This document shows positions 36,995-50,479 of a stretch of DNA of 64,000 nucleotides, piece by piece. Both the position numbers and the translations under genes were made by a program. This stretch comes from Octopus sinensis (lineage: Eukaryota), in contig NC_043010.1 in assembly GCF_006345805.1 (NCBI RefSeq), positions 52,390,001 through 52,454,000 of the forward strand, given 5' to 3'. The notes below the pieces were generated by a model. It was not told where the DNA came from, made no database searches, and saw only the letters and a program-made list of their open reading frames with translations. Numbering within the stretch: position 1 is the first letter of the stretch; each line of letters begins with the position of its first letter.

Positions 36995-37553
36995 GAGTGA
37001 GCGAGCAGAGCATGCCATCAAAGTGACACTGGGGTAAAATATACGAAGCCCAGTATACCCATCATGACTACCCGTCTGATAAGGGTACACCAGGCACATG
37101 CATCACAACCATATGTGCGCGACATGGTGATCTCATATCAAGATAAACAGCACATGACCTTGCAGGTGGAGCCCAGTTAGAATTTTCTTCAGATCGAGTA
37201 ACCCATCCCGCTCAAAAGGTCCCTGAATAAGGGTTGTTTAAGGACGTTGAACGAAACACCCATGTTTCCAGAGGTGAATTATTCAAACCCCCAAAGAATC
37301 CTTCTCAACACATGGCTATGATGCTCCCCCACTACTTCTGCTCGTGATCAGAGATGCACATATCGTCAGCCACTAAGGGACATGCTCAACTGGTTAAGGT
37401 CAAACAACTGACAAGCAAATCTGTGGTATTGAGCAGAATATTTGCTGTAGCCCATCTTTTATACCAAGACAAAACAATGTACATGATAACACTTCCAATC
37501 AGTTAAGATCAGAAGCCATGAGAGCCACTGCCTGGTACTGCATCAGGGCATTT
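36995..37553 (-). mobile_element. Family D element, full length (~560 bp), embedded in (TAA)n on both sides
   Basis: Minus strand starts aaatgccctgatgcagtaccagg and ends gctcactc(aat)n; same 5' start as the copy at 48660. Confidence 0.88.
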
Positions 37554-38049
37554 ATTATTATTATTATTATTGGTGGTGGTGGTGTCGGCGGTGGTTTTGG
37601 TGTTGGTTGTGGTGGTCGTGTTGATGGTGGTTGTAGTGGCGGTGGTGTTGGTTGTGGAGGTAGTGGTGGTCGTGTTGTTGTTGGTAGTGGTGTTGATTGC
37701 GTGGTGTAGTGGTGGTGTTTGCGGTGGAGATGGTGGTGGTGGTGGCGGTGGCGGTGGCTTTGTGATAGTGGCAGTGACGGTGTTTCGCAATTATAATTCC
37801 AAACACTAACGGAATTCTTCGTAAGGAAAATTTAATCGAATCCAGTGGTTGATTGCTTCTTTATCTTATCGACCCTCGCAAAAGATGAAAAGGAAATCTG
37901 ACCTCGAAACACTGCAGTCATGTTGTCCCCAACCTTAACGATTTCCGCCGCCAATCTATTGCTTCTATGTCTCGCAGACTTGGCAGCACCATTCCACTAT
38001 CGCTACCAATGGCAATCTACCGCCATACCGAGCGAATGGTCGATTACTC

Positions 38050-38730
<681 letters not shown>

Positions 38731-39219
38731 TACCACACAGCCACATCGCAATAAAAGAAAAAGAAAACGTGATTGCGTGGTTTGTGTGATTAAGAAGCCT
38801 GTCCCCCAACCATGTGGTTTTGGGGTTCAGTTCCACTGCACAGCACCTTGGGTAAGTATTACTATAAATCCTGACCGACCAAAGCCTTGTGATAGTGGAT
38901 ATCATTGACGGAAACAGAAAGAAGCCCGTCGTGTGTGTGTGCGTGTGTATGTGTATGCATTTGTGTTGTGTTTTTTCCCCATTACCTCTTGATAACCGGG
39001 GTTGGTTTGTGATTCTACTGAAACCCTTTGAAGCAGTGCTCCATCATGACCAAAGTCCAGTGGCTAAAACAAGTGAAAGATTTTTTAAAAATCAATGAAA
39101 GATAAGATTAAGTTTAGGAGCTCGACATAGATTATACGACGAGACAACGATAGCCATTGCAGACCAAATCATTGACTTTGTATACGTAACAGCGCAGAAG
39201 TGAAAAAACCCCCCAACAA

Positions 39220-39270
39220 AATAATAATAATAATAATAATAATAACAATAACAATAACAATAACGATAAC

Positions 39271-39309
<39 letters not shown>

Positions 39310-39327
39310 GATAATGATAATAATAAT

Positions 39328-39377
<50 letters not shown>

Positions 39378-39399
39378 TAACAATAACGATAACAATAAC

Positions 39400-39443
<44 letters not shown>

Positions 39444-39527
39444 TAACGATAACGATAACAATAATAATAATAATAATAATAATATAATAATAATAATAAT
39501 AATAATAACAATAACAATAACGATAAC

Positions 39528-39581
<54 letters not shown>

Positions 39582-39602
39582 GATAATGATAATAATAATA
39601 AT

Positions 39603-39637
<35 letters not shown>

Positions 39638-39653
39638 TAACAATAACGATAAC

Positions 39654-39684
<31 letters not shown>

Positions 39685-39776
39685 TAATAATAATAATAAC
39701 GATAATAATAATAATAATAATAATAACAATAACGGTAATAATAATAATAATAATAACAATAACAATAACGATAACG

Positions 39777-39823
<47 letters not shown>

Positions 39824-39879
39824 GATAACGATAATAATAATAATAATATTAATAATAATATTAATATAATATAATAATA

Positions 39880-39920
<41 letters not shown>

Positions 39921-40003
39921 TAATAATAATAATATTAATAATAATAATAATAATAATAATAACATAACGATAATGATAATAATAATAATAATAATAATAA
40001 TAA
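39220..40003. repeat. ~780 bp (AAT)n array with AAC/ACG variant units
   Basis: Direct inspection; source of the poly-I and poly-L pseudo-ORFs. Confidence 0.95.
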
Positions 40004-40045
40004 ATTAAAAATTAAAACCAAAATGGTCGTTCTTTTCCCGCAAAG

Positions 40046-40272
40046 ACAATCAATTCGGCCTCCCATGCTGAGGATATAAATAATTACGAAAGACAAAAAC
40101 CGAAAAAGCGAAAAAGCGAAGAAAGCCACGTTACAAAATTAATGAAGGAATCAATTATCGAATGTCAAACGATGACCTCAAACATGACTCCAAAAGTAAC
40201 AACTATGGATTTTTGCTATTTCAAACACAGTCTGTTTAGAATCTCCTGCAGAGATGTTAAAGAACGTTTAAG
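40046..40272 (+). CDS. Candidate internal coding exon, unknown product
   Basis: AG|ACA acceptor after ttcttttcccgcaa; 75 open codons TINSASHAEDINNYERQKPKKRKSEESHVTKLMKESIIECQTMTSNMTPKVTTMDFCYFKHSLFRISCRDVKERL; AG|GTATTG donor; disrupted paralog at 7.7 kb; no recognisable domain. Confidence 0.35.
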
Positions 40273-40919
40273 GTATTGACAAATGTGGCGGTGATTGAAA
40301 TAAACAGACTGGAAAAGAGCAAAGTAATAGAGAATCACCACCTTATATTGTAGCTCGATCATCTAAATATAGAAGCCAAGTTTCCCTTCAAATCATACGC
40401 GCGCACACACACGCACACTTCGTCATCGTTTAACGTCTACTTTTCCCGACTTGGCATGGGTCAGATGGAATTTCGTTGAAGCGATTTTTTTTCCTACTGC
40501 CGTTTGCCCTTCTTTTCGCCAACCTTCACTCGTTTCAGAAGTAAGGTATCATTCCCCAAAGACTGTAAATGAATTGTAAATGAATGACACTGCTTGAATG
40601 GTGGTGCCATTCGTTTACAGCTATTACATGGAAATCAGAACAAGAGAGCAATAACACACGCACATGCACACACACACACACGCACACACATACACGTACA
40701 CATACATACATATTATTCTTTAACAAGAATGGTACTGACAGTGACTTCGAAGTCGCTATTCTTGTTGAAGAGTATGGTACTGACAGTGACTTCGAAATCA
40801 CTATTCTTGTTGAAGAGTCATAAATATGTACTCTACAAAAAGTGTGTGTATTATCCTTTAACAAGAATAATGTTGACAGTGACATCGAAGTTTCGGCCTG
40901 CTTAACATTCATGGGACTC

Positions 40920-41304
40920 TACTCTTTTACTCTTTTACTCTTTTACTTGTTTCAGTCATTTGACTGCGGCCATGCTGGAGCATCGCCTTTAGTCGAGAAA
41001 ATCGACCCCGGGACTTATTCTTTGTAAGCCCAGTACTTATTCTATCGGTCTCTTTTGCCGAACCGCTAAGTGACGGGGACGTAAACACACCAGCATCGGT
41101 TGTCAAGCAATGCTAGGGGGACAAACACAGACACACACATACATATACATATATACGACAGGCTTCTTTCAGTTTCCGTCTACCAACTCCACTCACAAGG
41201 CATTGGTCGGCCCGGGGTTATAACAGAAGACACTTGCTCAAGATGCCACGCAGTGGGACTGAACCCGGAACCATGTGGTTGGTTAGCAAGCTACTTACCA
41301 CACA
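40920..41304 (-). mobile_element. SINE family A
   Basis: Family consensus, flanked by ~40 bp inverted repeats. Confidence 0.92.
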
Positions 41305-41827
41305 GCGAAACTTCGCGATTACTGTCAACGCTATTCTTGTTAAAGAATAACAAATGTATACTCTACAGGATACATTAAATATTCCTCCAGTTTAATGTGT
41401 GTGTGTGTGTGTGTGTGTCTGTCTGTGTGTGTATGTATGTGTGTATGTACGTATGCATGAATGTATATTCTTGTGTGTATGCTTCCGTGTATCAAGGAAT
41501 AGCGGTAATAATGTTAGCGTGCACTGTAACCAGACACAGTGCACTTATTATTTATAAGATTAGAGAACTATATTAAGAAAAGTAGAGACAGGCTTTTTCC
41601 TGTACAATCAGAAAATCGTTGTGTAAATGTTGTCAGGTTTATAAAAAGCAAATAGATTATAAAGAGAGAGAGGATGGTAAATTCAAGAACAAAACATTTC
41701 GATGGTCGATGGGAAGTTATTGAGGCAAACAGTAGACATAGCATGAAAGCTAAAAGACGCTTGGTAAGAAAAAAAATGGAGGATTAAAGACAGGAGACTG
41801 AAATCTTTTTATCATAACAGCGTTTAA

Positions 41828-42050
41828 TAATGTGGCGAGCTGGTAGAATCGTTAGCGAATCGGACAAACTGATTTGCGGCTTTTCTTTTGGTTCTGAGTT
41901 CGAATTTCATCGAGGTGACTTTGCCTTTCATCCTTTCGGCATTGATAAAATAAGTATCAGTTGAGCACTGGGGTCGATATAATCGACAAGCCTCCTCCTC
42001 CTCCTCCTCCAAAATTTCAGGCATTGTACCTGTGGAAGAAAGGGTTATGA
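41828..42050 (+). mobile_element. SINE family B (diverged)
   Basis: ggcgagctggtag...ctgagttcgaatttc...gcctttcatcctttcgg. Confidence 0.8.
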
Positions 42051-43840
42051 CCATGCTTAATTTACTTAATAACAGAGCCCTGTTTATTTAATATCAGAGG
42101 GAAACAATGTTGGCAATGTGTCATGGTATTAAATCTGTAGACTGAAAAAAAAAAAAAATTGATGGACAGGCTTAATCGATTTTCGACCCTTTTTGGAGTC
42201 TCATCAGAGATTGGACCACACTAAATGAAAAACTGATAGCATTTAATAAAATAATCTTCGAGCTATTGAAGTTGATAAAACTATTAATCTTTTAGAAAAG
42301 TGATTCCAAAACAGTGCGTCCAATGACTGAAAGGAAGAAAGATAAAAAAACAAAAATAATAACTATTTTGTGCTTTACTCAGTACTAGTTATAAATGGTA
42401 GCAGTCGATCTTCCAACTGAACCAAGGAAATTATGCTTCCATTGTTTATTCAAATTACTGGTACCGTCTGTCGGTCGCAGCTTCTGATAAATGCATCACT
42501 GTTGTATCATTATTTTATATATATATGTAAAATTCTTCCCTGAAGACGGAGGCTGGTAGCATCTCATGATGGAATTAAGTTACAAGCATTATTTTGGAAC
42601 ACCACACCCCCAGAAACAGCTGTTGGATATACCGTCCAACGCTCTGTTATTTCCTTCAATCCACTGCCCTGGACCAATGTCTTTTATCTTTTTATCTTTT
42701 ACTTGTTTTAGTAAAAGCCTTTGATGGTCTTAGTCGGACAAATTGACATTAGTATTTATTTTTTAAAAGTCTGGTTCTAATTCTGTCGGTCTCTTTATTG
42801 CTGAACCGATAGATCATTATCATGTAAACAAACTGACACCGATAGTGAAATGGTGGTAGAGGATAAACCCCGACAAACTCGCGTGCGCACATCACTATTT
42901 TGACCAGACTATCGGATGTTGTTATACAGCGCTGGTCACAATGCATTTCCTCACATTGTTTACGTTTTCCAATGTTGCCCCACTCCGCTGACTAGGCAGG
43001 CAACTCAAGAACTCAGCGCACCATTGGTCTGAGAATCGAAACCGCAAACTTGCGATCGCGAGTGCAACCGTTAACCACTTGGCCAGGACGGACTTCCATA
43101 TACAGGTTACAGGTTCCGTCTACCAGATTCTCACAAAAGGCATTGGTCGACCAGGATGTATATAATACAAGACATTTTGCCCGAGGTGTTGCGCAGTGGG
43201 ACTGAACCCAAAACCACGCGATCGCAAAGCGAGCTTCTTCACCACACAGCCATGCCTGCCGTTTGATATAATCTGTAATGGATCAAATGAAAGAAGGAGA
43301 ACCAAGAAAATAATAAGAATTAGACTATTATTAGTCAACTATCTAAATTGGCCAATATAGGAAATGCATTAAACTATGGTACGTGTTATCAAACGCTAGA
43401 GAAAAATCTATGCTATTGCATAATTTGCGCTAATTACATTACGATAATATCTGCTCTCTACCCGCCCTCTCTCTCTCTCTCTGCGTTGTTACATCTTTTG
43501 TCTTCGTATCTTTGACTGTTTTCAGTTATTGGACTTCAGATGTATTGAGACTTTAGTCGATCGTATCGACCTGAGAATATACATTTTTTTTCTTCGTTTT
43601 TTCTCTTTTTATTTTCGCCTTTTTTCAGTCTGGTGCATATGTTAGCGCATGAGCGGTCCTTCTGTTTGAAACACCACGTGTACAGTCTTTCTTTTCTTTT
43701 CTTTTTTTTCTTCCTTTTTTTTTTTACATAAAGGGACACAACTGAACATACTGGTTTACATCAGCGAAAACAAAAAAAAAATAGTCACACATATGCTACA
43801 CGAAATCCCCATTGTTCAATACATACATACTTACCTATAT

Positions 43841-44130
43841 ATCACGTGACCGCCCAGACCATCAGATGTTGCTACACATCGCTGGTCACAATGCGTTCGC
43901 ATTGTTTTAGCCTTAGAATGACGCCACCCCGCTGGCTAAGCGAGCAGGCCAACAGAAGAAAGAGTGAGAGAAAGTTGTGATGAAAGAGTACAGCAGGGAT
44001 CACCACCATCCCTGCCGGAGCCTCGTGGAGCTTTCAGGTGTTTTCGCTCAATAAACACTCACAACGCCCGGTCTGGGAATCGAAACCGCGATCCTACGAC
44101 CGCGAGTCTGCTGCCCTAACCACTGGGCCA
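43841..44130 (-). mobile_element. SINE family C, tail type 2
   Basis: Reverse complement of the 30365-30662 type. Confidence 0.9.
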
Positions 44131-44184
44131 TACCTATATATATATATATATCTATATATATATATATTATATATATATATACTA

Positions 44185-44220
<36 letters not shown>

Positions 44221-44704
44221 TGTATGTATATTGGTGTTATTCACACACACATATTATATGTATGTGTCTTTGGGTTTATGTTTGTTCCTCACACCGCTGA
44301 CTACCAGTGTTGGTTTGTTTACGTCCTCGTGACGTAACAGTTCGGTAAAAGAAACCAATCGAATAAATACCAGGTTTAAAAAAAAAAAAAGAACAAGTGC
44401 TAGGGTCGATTCATTCGACCCAAAATTCTTGAAGGCGATGCCGAAACAAGTATGCGATAAAGTTTAAACAGCATAAGGATTTCTCCGTCATTGAAGATCG
44501 TTTTGATACGTCGCTCAGCAATAAGTAGCTTAAGCATAAAATAAAGTTCTAGTTTAATACTGGACGCGATGACATCGATTGACGTTCTCTCCTCCAAATT
44601 TTCATTGTTGGTGATTATAAGAAAAACAGTTTAAACCTTGGGTCTTGGGTTTAAGCGATAAACAATTAGCTGTTGTTTAATGCCTTTGAGAAAATGTCGT
44701 TATT

Positions 44705-45132
44705 CATACTCTTTTTACTCTTTTTTTTTTTACTCCTTTTTACTTGTTTCAGTCATTTGGCTGCGGCCATGCTGGAGCACCGCCTTTAGTCGAGCAAATC
44801 GACCCCGGGACTTATCTTTTTAGCCATTATTATATTCTATCGGTCTCTTTTGCCGAACCGCTAAGTGACGGGGACGTAAACACACCAGCATCGGTTGTCA
44901 AGCAATGCTAGGGGAACAAACACAGACACACAAACATATTCACAGACACTTATAGATATATACATATATACGACAGGCTTCTTTCAGTTTCCGTCTACCA
45001 AATCCACTCACAAGGCATTGGTCGGCCCGGGGCTATAGCAGAAGAAACTTGCCCAAGATGCCACGCAGTGGGACTGAACCCGGAACCATGTGGTTGGTTA
45101 GCAAGCTACTTACCAAACAGCCACTCCTGCGC
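44705..45132 (-). mobile_element. SINE family A
   Basis: Full-length family consensus. Confidence 0.92.
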
Positions 45133-45169
45133 CTATAGCTCCATCATAGATTGCCCAATGTGAATACAT

Positions 45170-45622
45170 ATCTTTTATCTTTTGCTTGTTTCCGTCGTTG
45201 GACTGCGGCCATGCTGGGGCACCGCTTTGAAAAGTTATAGTCGAACGAATCGACTCCAGTACTTATTTATTGAATTTTTAAAGCCTGGTACTTATTCTAT
45301 CGGATTTCCTTTTACCGACGCGCTAAGTTACAGGGACGTAAACAAACTGACACTGGTTTAAGTGGTAGGGGGAGCGAGAAGCAGAAGCTCGAAAACACAC
45401 GCACATACACACTCATACACACACACACATACACATTTATGCATGTATGTATATGTGCATGACAGGCTTCTTTCGGTTTCCAATTACCATACCCCGTTAC
45501 AAGGCTTTGGTTGGCCAGAGGTTTAAAGTAAAAGAGACACGCCGAAGATGCCACGCGGAGATACTGAAACCGGAACCGCGTGGTTGGGAGGCAAACCTCT
45601 AACCACACAGCCACGACTGCGC
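45170..45622 (-). mobile_element. Older diverged SINE A
   Basis: Degenerate tail, microsatellite and head. Confidence 0.75.
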
Positions 45623-45958
45623 CAGTATTATTCGAATTTTAAATGAATTTAAAAAAAAATTTTTCTGTATCTAATTTGTTTGTAATTAAATCAAGAAATG
45701 TAAACTCTAGGCTTCCTTTAATTAAATTGTTTTGCTTATTAAGCAAAAAGAAAGCAAAGATTTTTTTAATAGGTTCTTGTATTAAACGGACATTCAAGAA
45801 GAATAGCGATAACAAAAAGCGACAGCGGAGTACCTCCTCTTTCTTTGTCTCTGTCAGTCTGTCTATCTCTCTCCCCCTCTCTCTTTCCTTCTTTCTCTCT
45901 CTCCCCCTCTGTATGTATATATATATAATATATACTATATCTCCCTCTATATATATAC

Positions 45959-46020
<62 letters not shown>

Positions 46021-46419
46021 ATATATATATATATGTCTGTATATATATGCATATATATAGTCTATGTGTATGTGTGTTTATATCTGTTTGTCTCCCCCAT
46101 TGACAACCGGTGTTGGTGTGTTTATGTTACCGTAACTTAGCGGTTCACCAAAGAGACGGTCGGAATAAGCACTAGGGTTACAAAGATTAAGTTCTGGGGT
46201 CGATTTGTTCAATAAAAACACTTCCATGCGATGCTCCAGCATGGTCGCAGTCAAATGACTGAAACAAATTAAAAAATAAAAGAATATGAAGGTATGTATG
46301 TAGGTATGTATTAATCAAATTGTACAGTAATGTAGACACATTTCAAGCGATTTTACCAAACGGGTTCACACTGGATAAAAGACTATACTGTATACAAACT
46401 CTATAGACAGATATGTCTA

Positions 46420-47011
46420 TAGGCGTAGGAGTAGCTGTGTGGTAAGTAGCTTGCTTACCAACCACATGGTTCCGGGTTCAGTCCCACTGCGTGGCACCTT
46501 GTCTTCTACTATAGCCTCAAGTCAACCAAAGCTTTGTGAGTGGATTTGGTAAACGGAAACTGAAAGAAGCCCGTCGTATGTATGTATTGCTTTTACGTCC
46601 TGTTCTTGTCACTTTCTTTACCCCTCTGCAAAAGAATTTTATTAAATTCATTATGCAGGAAGGATTGCTTCGGCCGGATCGTGTTCTGCCCTTACCTTCG
46701 AAACACGCGTTGAGTTGAAACAGGGGCAGCTGATGAAGGGGAATATTCCTTGTATCGTTTGTCTTGTACTCTGTTTTTTCGTTGTTAAAAAAAGGCCGTT
46801 TCCTTGTTTGTTTTTATGTTTTCGTTTCTCGTTGTGTTCTACGTTTATTTGTGGTGTCCTGTACTCATATATATATATGCATGCATATATACATATAGAT
46901 GTAGGTATGTACATATATGTATGTATGTATGCATATGTTTTATTCATTAAATTGTTATTATATGATTGAACGCTTCGCGTCACTTTCTTATTTCTCCAAG
47001 TACGTTTTTAT

Positions 47012-47043
<32 letters not shown>

Positions 47044-47320
47044 TGTATGTATGTATGTATGTATGTATGTATGTATTTATGTATGTATGTGTGTGTACAT
47101 GTTTGCGTGTCTGTGTTTGTCCCCCAACATCGCTTGACAACCGATGCTGGTGTGTTTACATCCCCGTAACTTAGCGGTTCGGTAAAAAAGACCGATAGAA
47201 TAAGTACTAGGCCTACAAAGAATAAGTCCTGTGGTCGATGTGCTCGACTAAAGGCGGTGCTCCAGCATGGCCACAGTCAAATGACTGAAACAAGTAAAAA
47301 GAGTAAAAGAGAGTAAAAGA
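46420..47320 (+). mobile_element. SINE A split at its internal microsatellite by a ~430 bp pLTR-like module
   Basis: Head 46420-46585; insert with ...caggggcagCTGATGAagggg... related to 54840-55040; tail 47100-47320. Confidence 0.8.
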
Positions 47321-47412
47321 GTATATAAGAATGTATATTTTTTTAAATGACAAATGCATTCTTAGATGATTATATATGTGTGTATGTGTGCGTGTGTATT
47401 TGTGTGTGTGTG

Positions 47413-47453
<41 letters not shown>

Positions 47454-47807
47454 ATAGTAGATTGACTCAGCTTTATGTCACTTAAAGTTTCGTGAGCATA
47501 AAACACGTCCACCTCGCTAGATGTTCGGAGACAACGTAAAGAGAGACGTCGCTTTGACAGCATAAACAAACCCGTAACCCGAAGTTACCAATAGAGGCCT
47601 AAATATTTTGAAGCCGTTTCGAAATTCTTTTTAAACTCTCTCTATTTTGTATTCGAACATCTGATTAAGTGAATATATTCTACGTCCATGAAACTTTGAG
47701 TAATGTGGTGTTGAGATAACCTTATTGCATTTATGTAACTCCAACCAAAGATGTTCAGTGCTGCCTCCTTTCGTTTTTGCGCTCACTCGCTTGTATTTGT
47801 ATGATGA

Positions 47808-48262
47808 GTCCAGAAGTTGGCTACCCGCATGGTTCTTGGTCTCAAGCATTTGTTTTATGAAGAAAGGCCGAAGACGCTCGACCTTTATTCTCTAGAAAAA
47901 TGACGACGCCGTGGTGATCTCATTCTTGCTCACAACATCATAAGCGGAAAGTGTAATCTCTCGAAAGAGCTGTTCTTCACGCCTGCTCCAGAGCGTAGGC
48001 TGCGGGGTCACTCCGAAAAGCTCTATCTGCGACGATTTCATCTCAATCGAAGGAGAGTGGTTTTCTCCGTCCGGGTTGCGGATCCGTGGAATAAGCTGCC
48101 GGACGAGATAGTGAAGATGCCGACGACCGCTCGGTTCAAAGTTCTCTCTTGACCAGAAATGGCCTGAACTCTTTGCATGAAGAACCCTGTACATAACTCC
48201 ATGTCCCCCTACATGGCCTTGCTTTTTGCTTTTTGAGCCAAAAAATTAACTTAACTTAACTT
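47808..48262 (+). pseudogene. CR1-clade LINE 3' end
   Basis: [38 protein letters not shown]...RGHSEKL...FSVRVADPWNKLP...FK; (ttaac)n tail. Confidence 0.9.
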
Positions 48263-48659
48263 ATGTATGTATATATGTGTGTGTGTATATGTGTGTACGT
48301 CTGTGTCTGCGAGTATGTATATGACTGTATGAATGTACGTCTGAATATATAATGTGTGTATGTGTGCGTTGTAACTTTAGAATTACAGTAGGAACAACGA
48401 CTTAAACTCCACAGCGAAGCAAAACAGATGCAGGAGATGAAACAAAGAACACAAGTAGCAAGACACAATGCTACATTACCGAAAAGCAATACTGCATACA
48501 TACACCCCCGGAACACAGTAAAAAGTGTTGCAGTAAAAAAACTCGCATGAAACTGTTGAAACCTGCTACCCACATAAATTCTATAAGAAATAAGATCAAT
48601 ACTGAATCAAGAAGATAGCTGTGGCAACAACAACAACAATAATAATAATGATAATAATA

Positions 48660-48851
48660 AATGCCGTGATGCAGTACCAGACAGTGGCTCTCATGGCTTC
48701 TGATCTTAACTGATTGGAAGTGTTAACAATTACATTGTTTTGTCTCGGTATAAAAGATGGGCTGCAGCAAATATTCTGCTCATTAGCACAGATTTGCTTG
48801 TCAGTTGTTTGACATTAACCAGTTGAACATGTCCCTTAGTAGCTGACGATA
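48660..48851 (+). mobile_element. Family D element, 5' part
   Basis: aaatgccgtgatgcagtaccag...gctgacgatat preceded by (aat)n; abuts the tail of the R4 LINE. Confidence 0.85.
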
Positions 48852-48880
48852 TTATTATTATTATTATATTATTATTATTA

Positions 48881-48917
<37 letters not shown>

Positions 48918-48920
<3 letters not shown>

Positions 48921-49757
48921 TTTCTTCCTTTTTTTCTTCTTTCAAATTTGCTTCCATTTCTTGCCGAGTGTCTTCCCGACTCCTAGGGCAAAGAAACTCA
49001 TAGTATACATTGGTAGTCCCTTAAACTAAACTCACTAGTTCGTTCATTTTTTTTTTTTTAAGTTAAATTAAATTCTCACATCGACAATGCTCTTCTCAAT
49101 ACGTGTGATGTACCAGTTAAGACAATCTTTTGCACTTCTTGCAGGGATGGTAAGCCAGGGATCATTCTATATAATTTTCGGTTCCCTTTTGATCATTCCT
49201 AGTGCTCCATCGATCACTGGTATTGTAACAGCCTTGAGATGCCAACATTTTCCCAATTTCAATGAGCAGGTCTCTTATATTTTCTGAGCTTGTCAAACTC
49301 TTTCGCCGAGATATTATGATCACAGGGATGCTCATGTCGATCAATAAGCAAACTTTATTGTTTTTGTCTTTCACAACAATATTGGGTTATTGGCTTTGAT
49401 GGTTCGGTCTGTATGTACTGGAAAGTCCACAGAATCGTTACATTCTCCCTCAGTTACAGCTTCAGGGTGGTGATTATACCACTTGTCAGCAGTTTTGATA
49501 TTGTAATGCCGACTTATTAGCCAGTGTAGATATTGGCCACTCTGTCATGTCTTAATTTATACTCACTGGTGCTAAGACATTACATCCAGAGATTAGGTGG
49601 TCCACTGTTTCAATCATGTGTTGCAGAATCGGCATTTTGGGTCTGCTCCATTTTCATCACATTGGCTGGTAGTTCCGGGTTAATAGGCTTTGATCTTGAG
49701 CAGCCAGGATGAAACCTTCGCTCTCTGCTTTTAGCCCTGAGCTCCGTAGCCACTGTA
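48918..49757 (-). pseudogene. 5'-truncated R4/Dong-clade RLE LINE embedded in (TAA)n
   Basis: Minus-strand translation with frameshifts: QWLRSSGLKAESEGFILAAQDQSLLTRNY...KCRFC...ETVDHLISGC...RHD...ILWDFPVHTDRTIKAN...IVVKDK...LIDMSIP...KIVLTGTSHVLRRALSM*; 3'UTR ends in (aat)n; 5' junction also (taa)n. Confidence 0.92.
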
Positions 49758-49826
49758 TATTATTATTATATTATTATTATTATTATTATTATTATTTAAG
49801 ATTATATAGGACTGAGGTAGCTCCTC

Positions 49827-49926
49827 NNNNNNNNNNNNNNNNNNNNNNNNNNNNNNNNNNNNNNNNNNNNNNNNNNNNNNNNNNNNNNNNNNNNNNNNNN
49901 NNNNNNNNNNNNNNNNNNNNNNNNNN
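49827..49926. other. Assembly gap (100 N)
   Basis: Run of N. Confidence 1.
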
Positions 49927-50278
49927 ATAAGACACAAAAAGAAAATGACTCTCCCCAGACACAACAGAATATGCTTCAACACACAAACTCATATAAAGAA
50001 TCTTGCAAACCAAATCCGAAAATGAAATACAGAAGCAAAAGTTTTACGTAAAATTAATTCTAAAGATATCAACGAAGGAGAAAACTTTTCAAATATAAAT
50101 AAAATGGAAGGATAGGAAAATAAACATTATTTTCCGTCTAACTGTAAATTTTGTTTCATTTTGAAAAATATAAATTGAATTTATGGTTTATTATCGTTTA
50201 CAATTTGAATTATTTCTGTTTCCATTTTAAACCATTTACGTATATTTGAGGGCACCAAAACCTTTTAAGTGTCTAGGG

Positions 50279-50479
50279 CAGTGGTTTTCAACCAGGGTTC
50301 CGCCAGTACAGTCCAGGGGTTCCGCAAGAAGTTACAAAACTGCTAAGATCGGCAGTAATTTTTAATTCTCCTGTGCAGATATGTGTGCATAAAACTATTA
50401 AATTATTGCACAGGGGTTCCTCGAGCCAGTGGAATGTTTCCTTGGGGTTCCGCTCCAGCAAAAAGTTTGAAAAGCACTG
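50279..50479. mobile_element. hAT (Charlie-like) MITE with perfect 8-bp TSD
   Basis: TIRs CAGTGGTTTTCAACC / AGTTTGAAAAGCACTG; TSD gtctaggg at 50271-50278 and 50480-50487. Confidence 0.92.

Noticed and set aside
37490-37553. snRNA-like or HDV-ribozyme 5' end for family D
   Set aside because: Only a short chance-level resemblance to U2, and no P1/P2/P3 pairing found by eye
39132-39655. Poly-Leu/Ile/Tyr ORFs
   Set aside because: (AAT)n microsatellite artefacts
42536-42630. CTGAAGA...GAAACAGCTGTT hammerhead-like motif
   Set aside because: Helix II region is long and poorly paired; probably a decayed relic of the 58.5 kb type
46697-46760. Type-II hammerhead from GAAAC...CTGATGA order (also 54594-54640 and 54845-54885)
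   Set aside because: Could not form helices I and II convincingly; kept only as a pLTR-like module with HHR-like boxes
47892-48194. 100-aa minus-strand ORF
   Set aside because: Antisense to the plus-strand CR1 RT remnant
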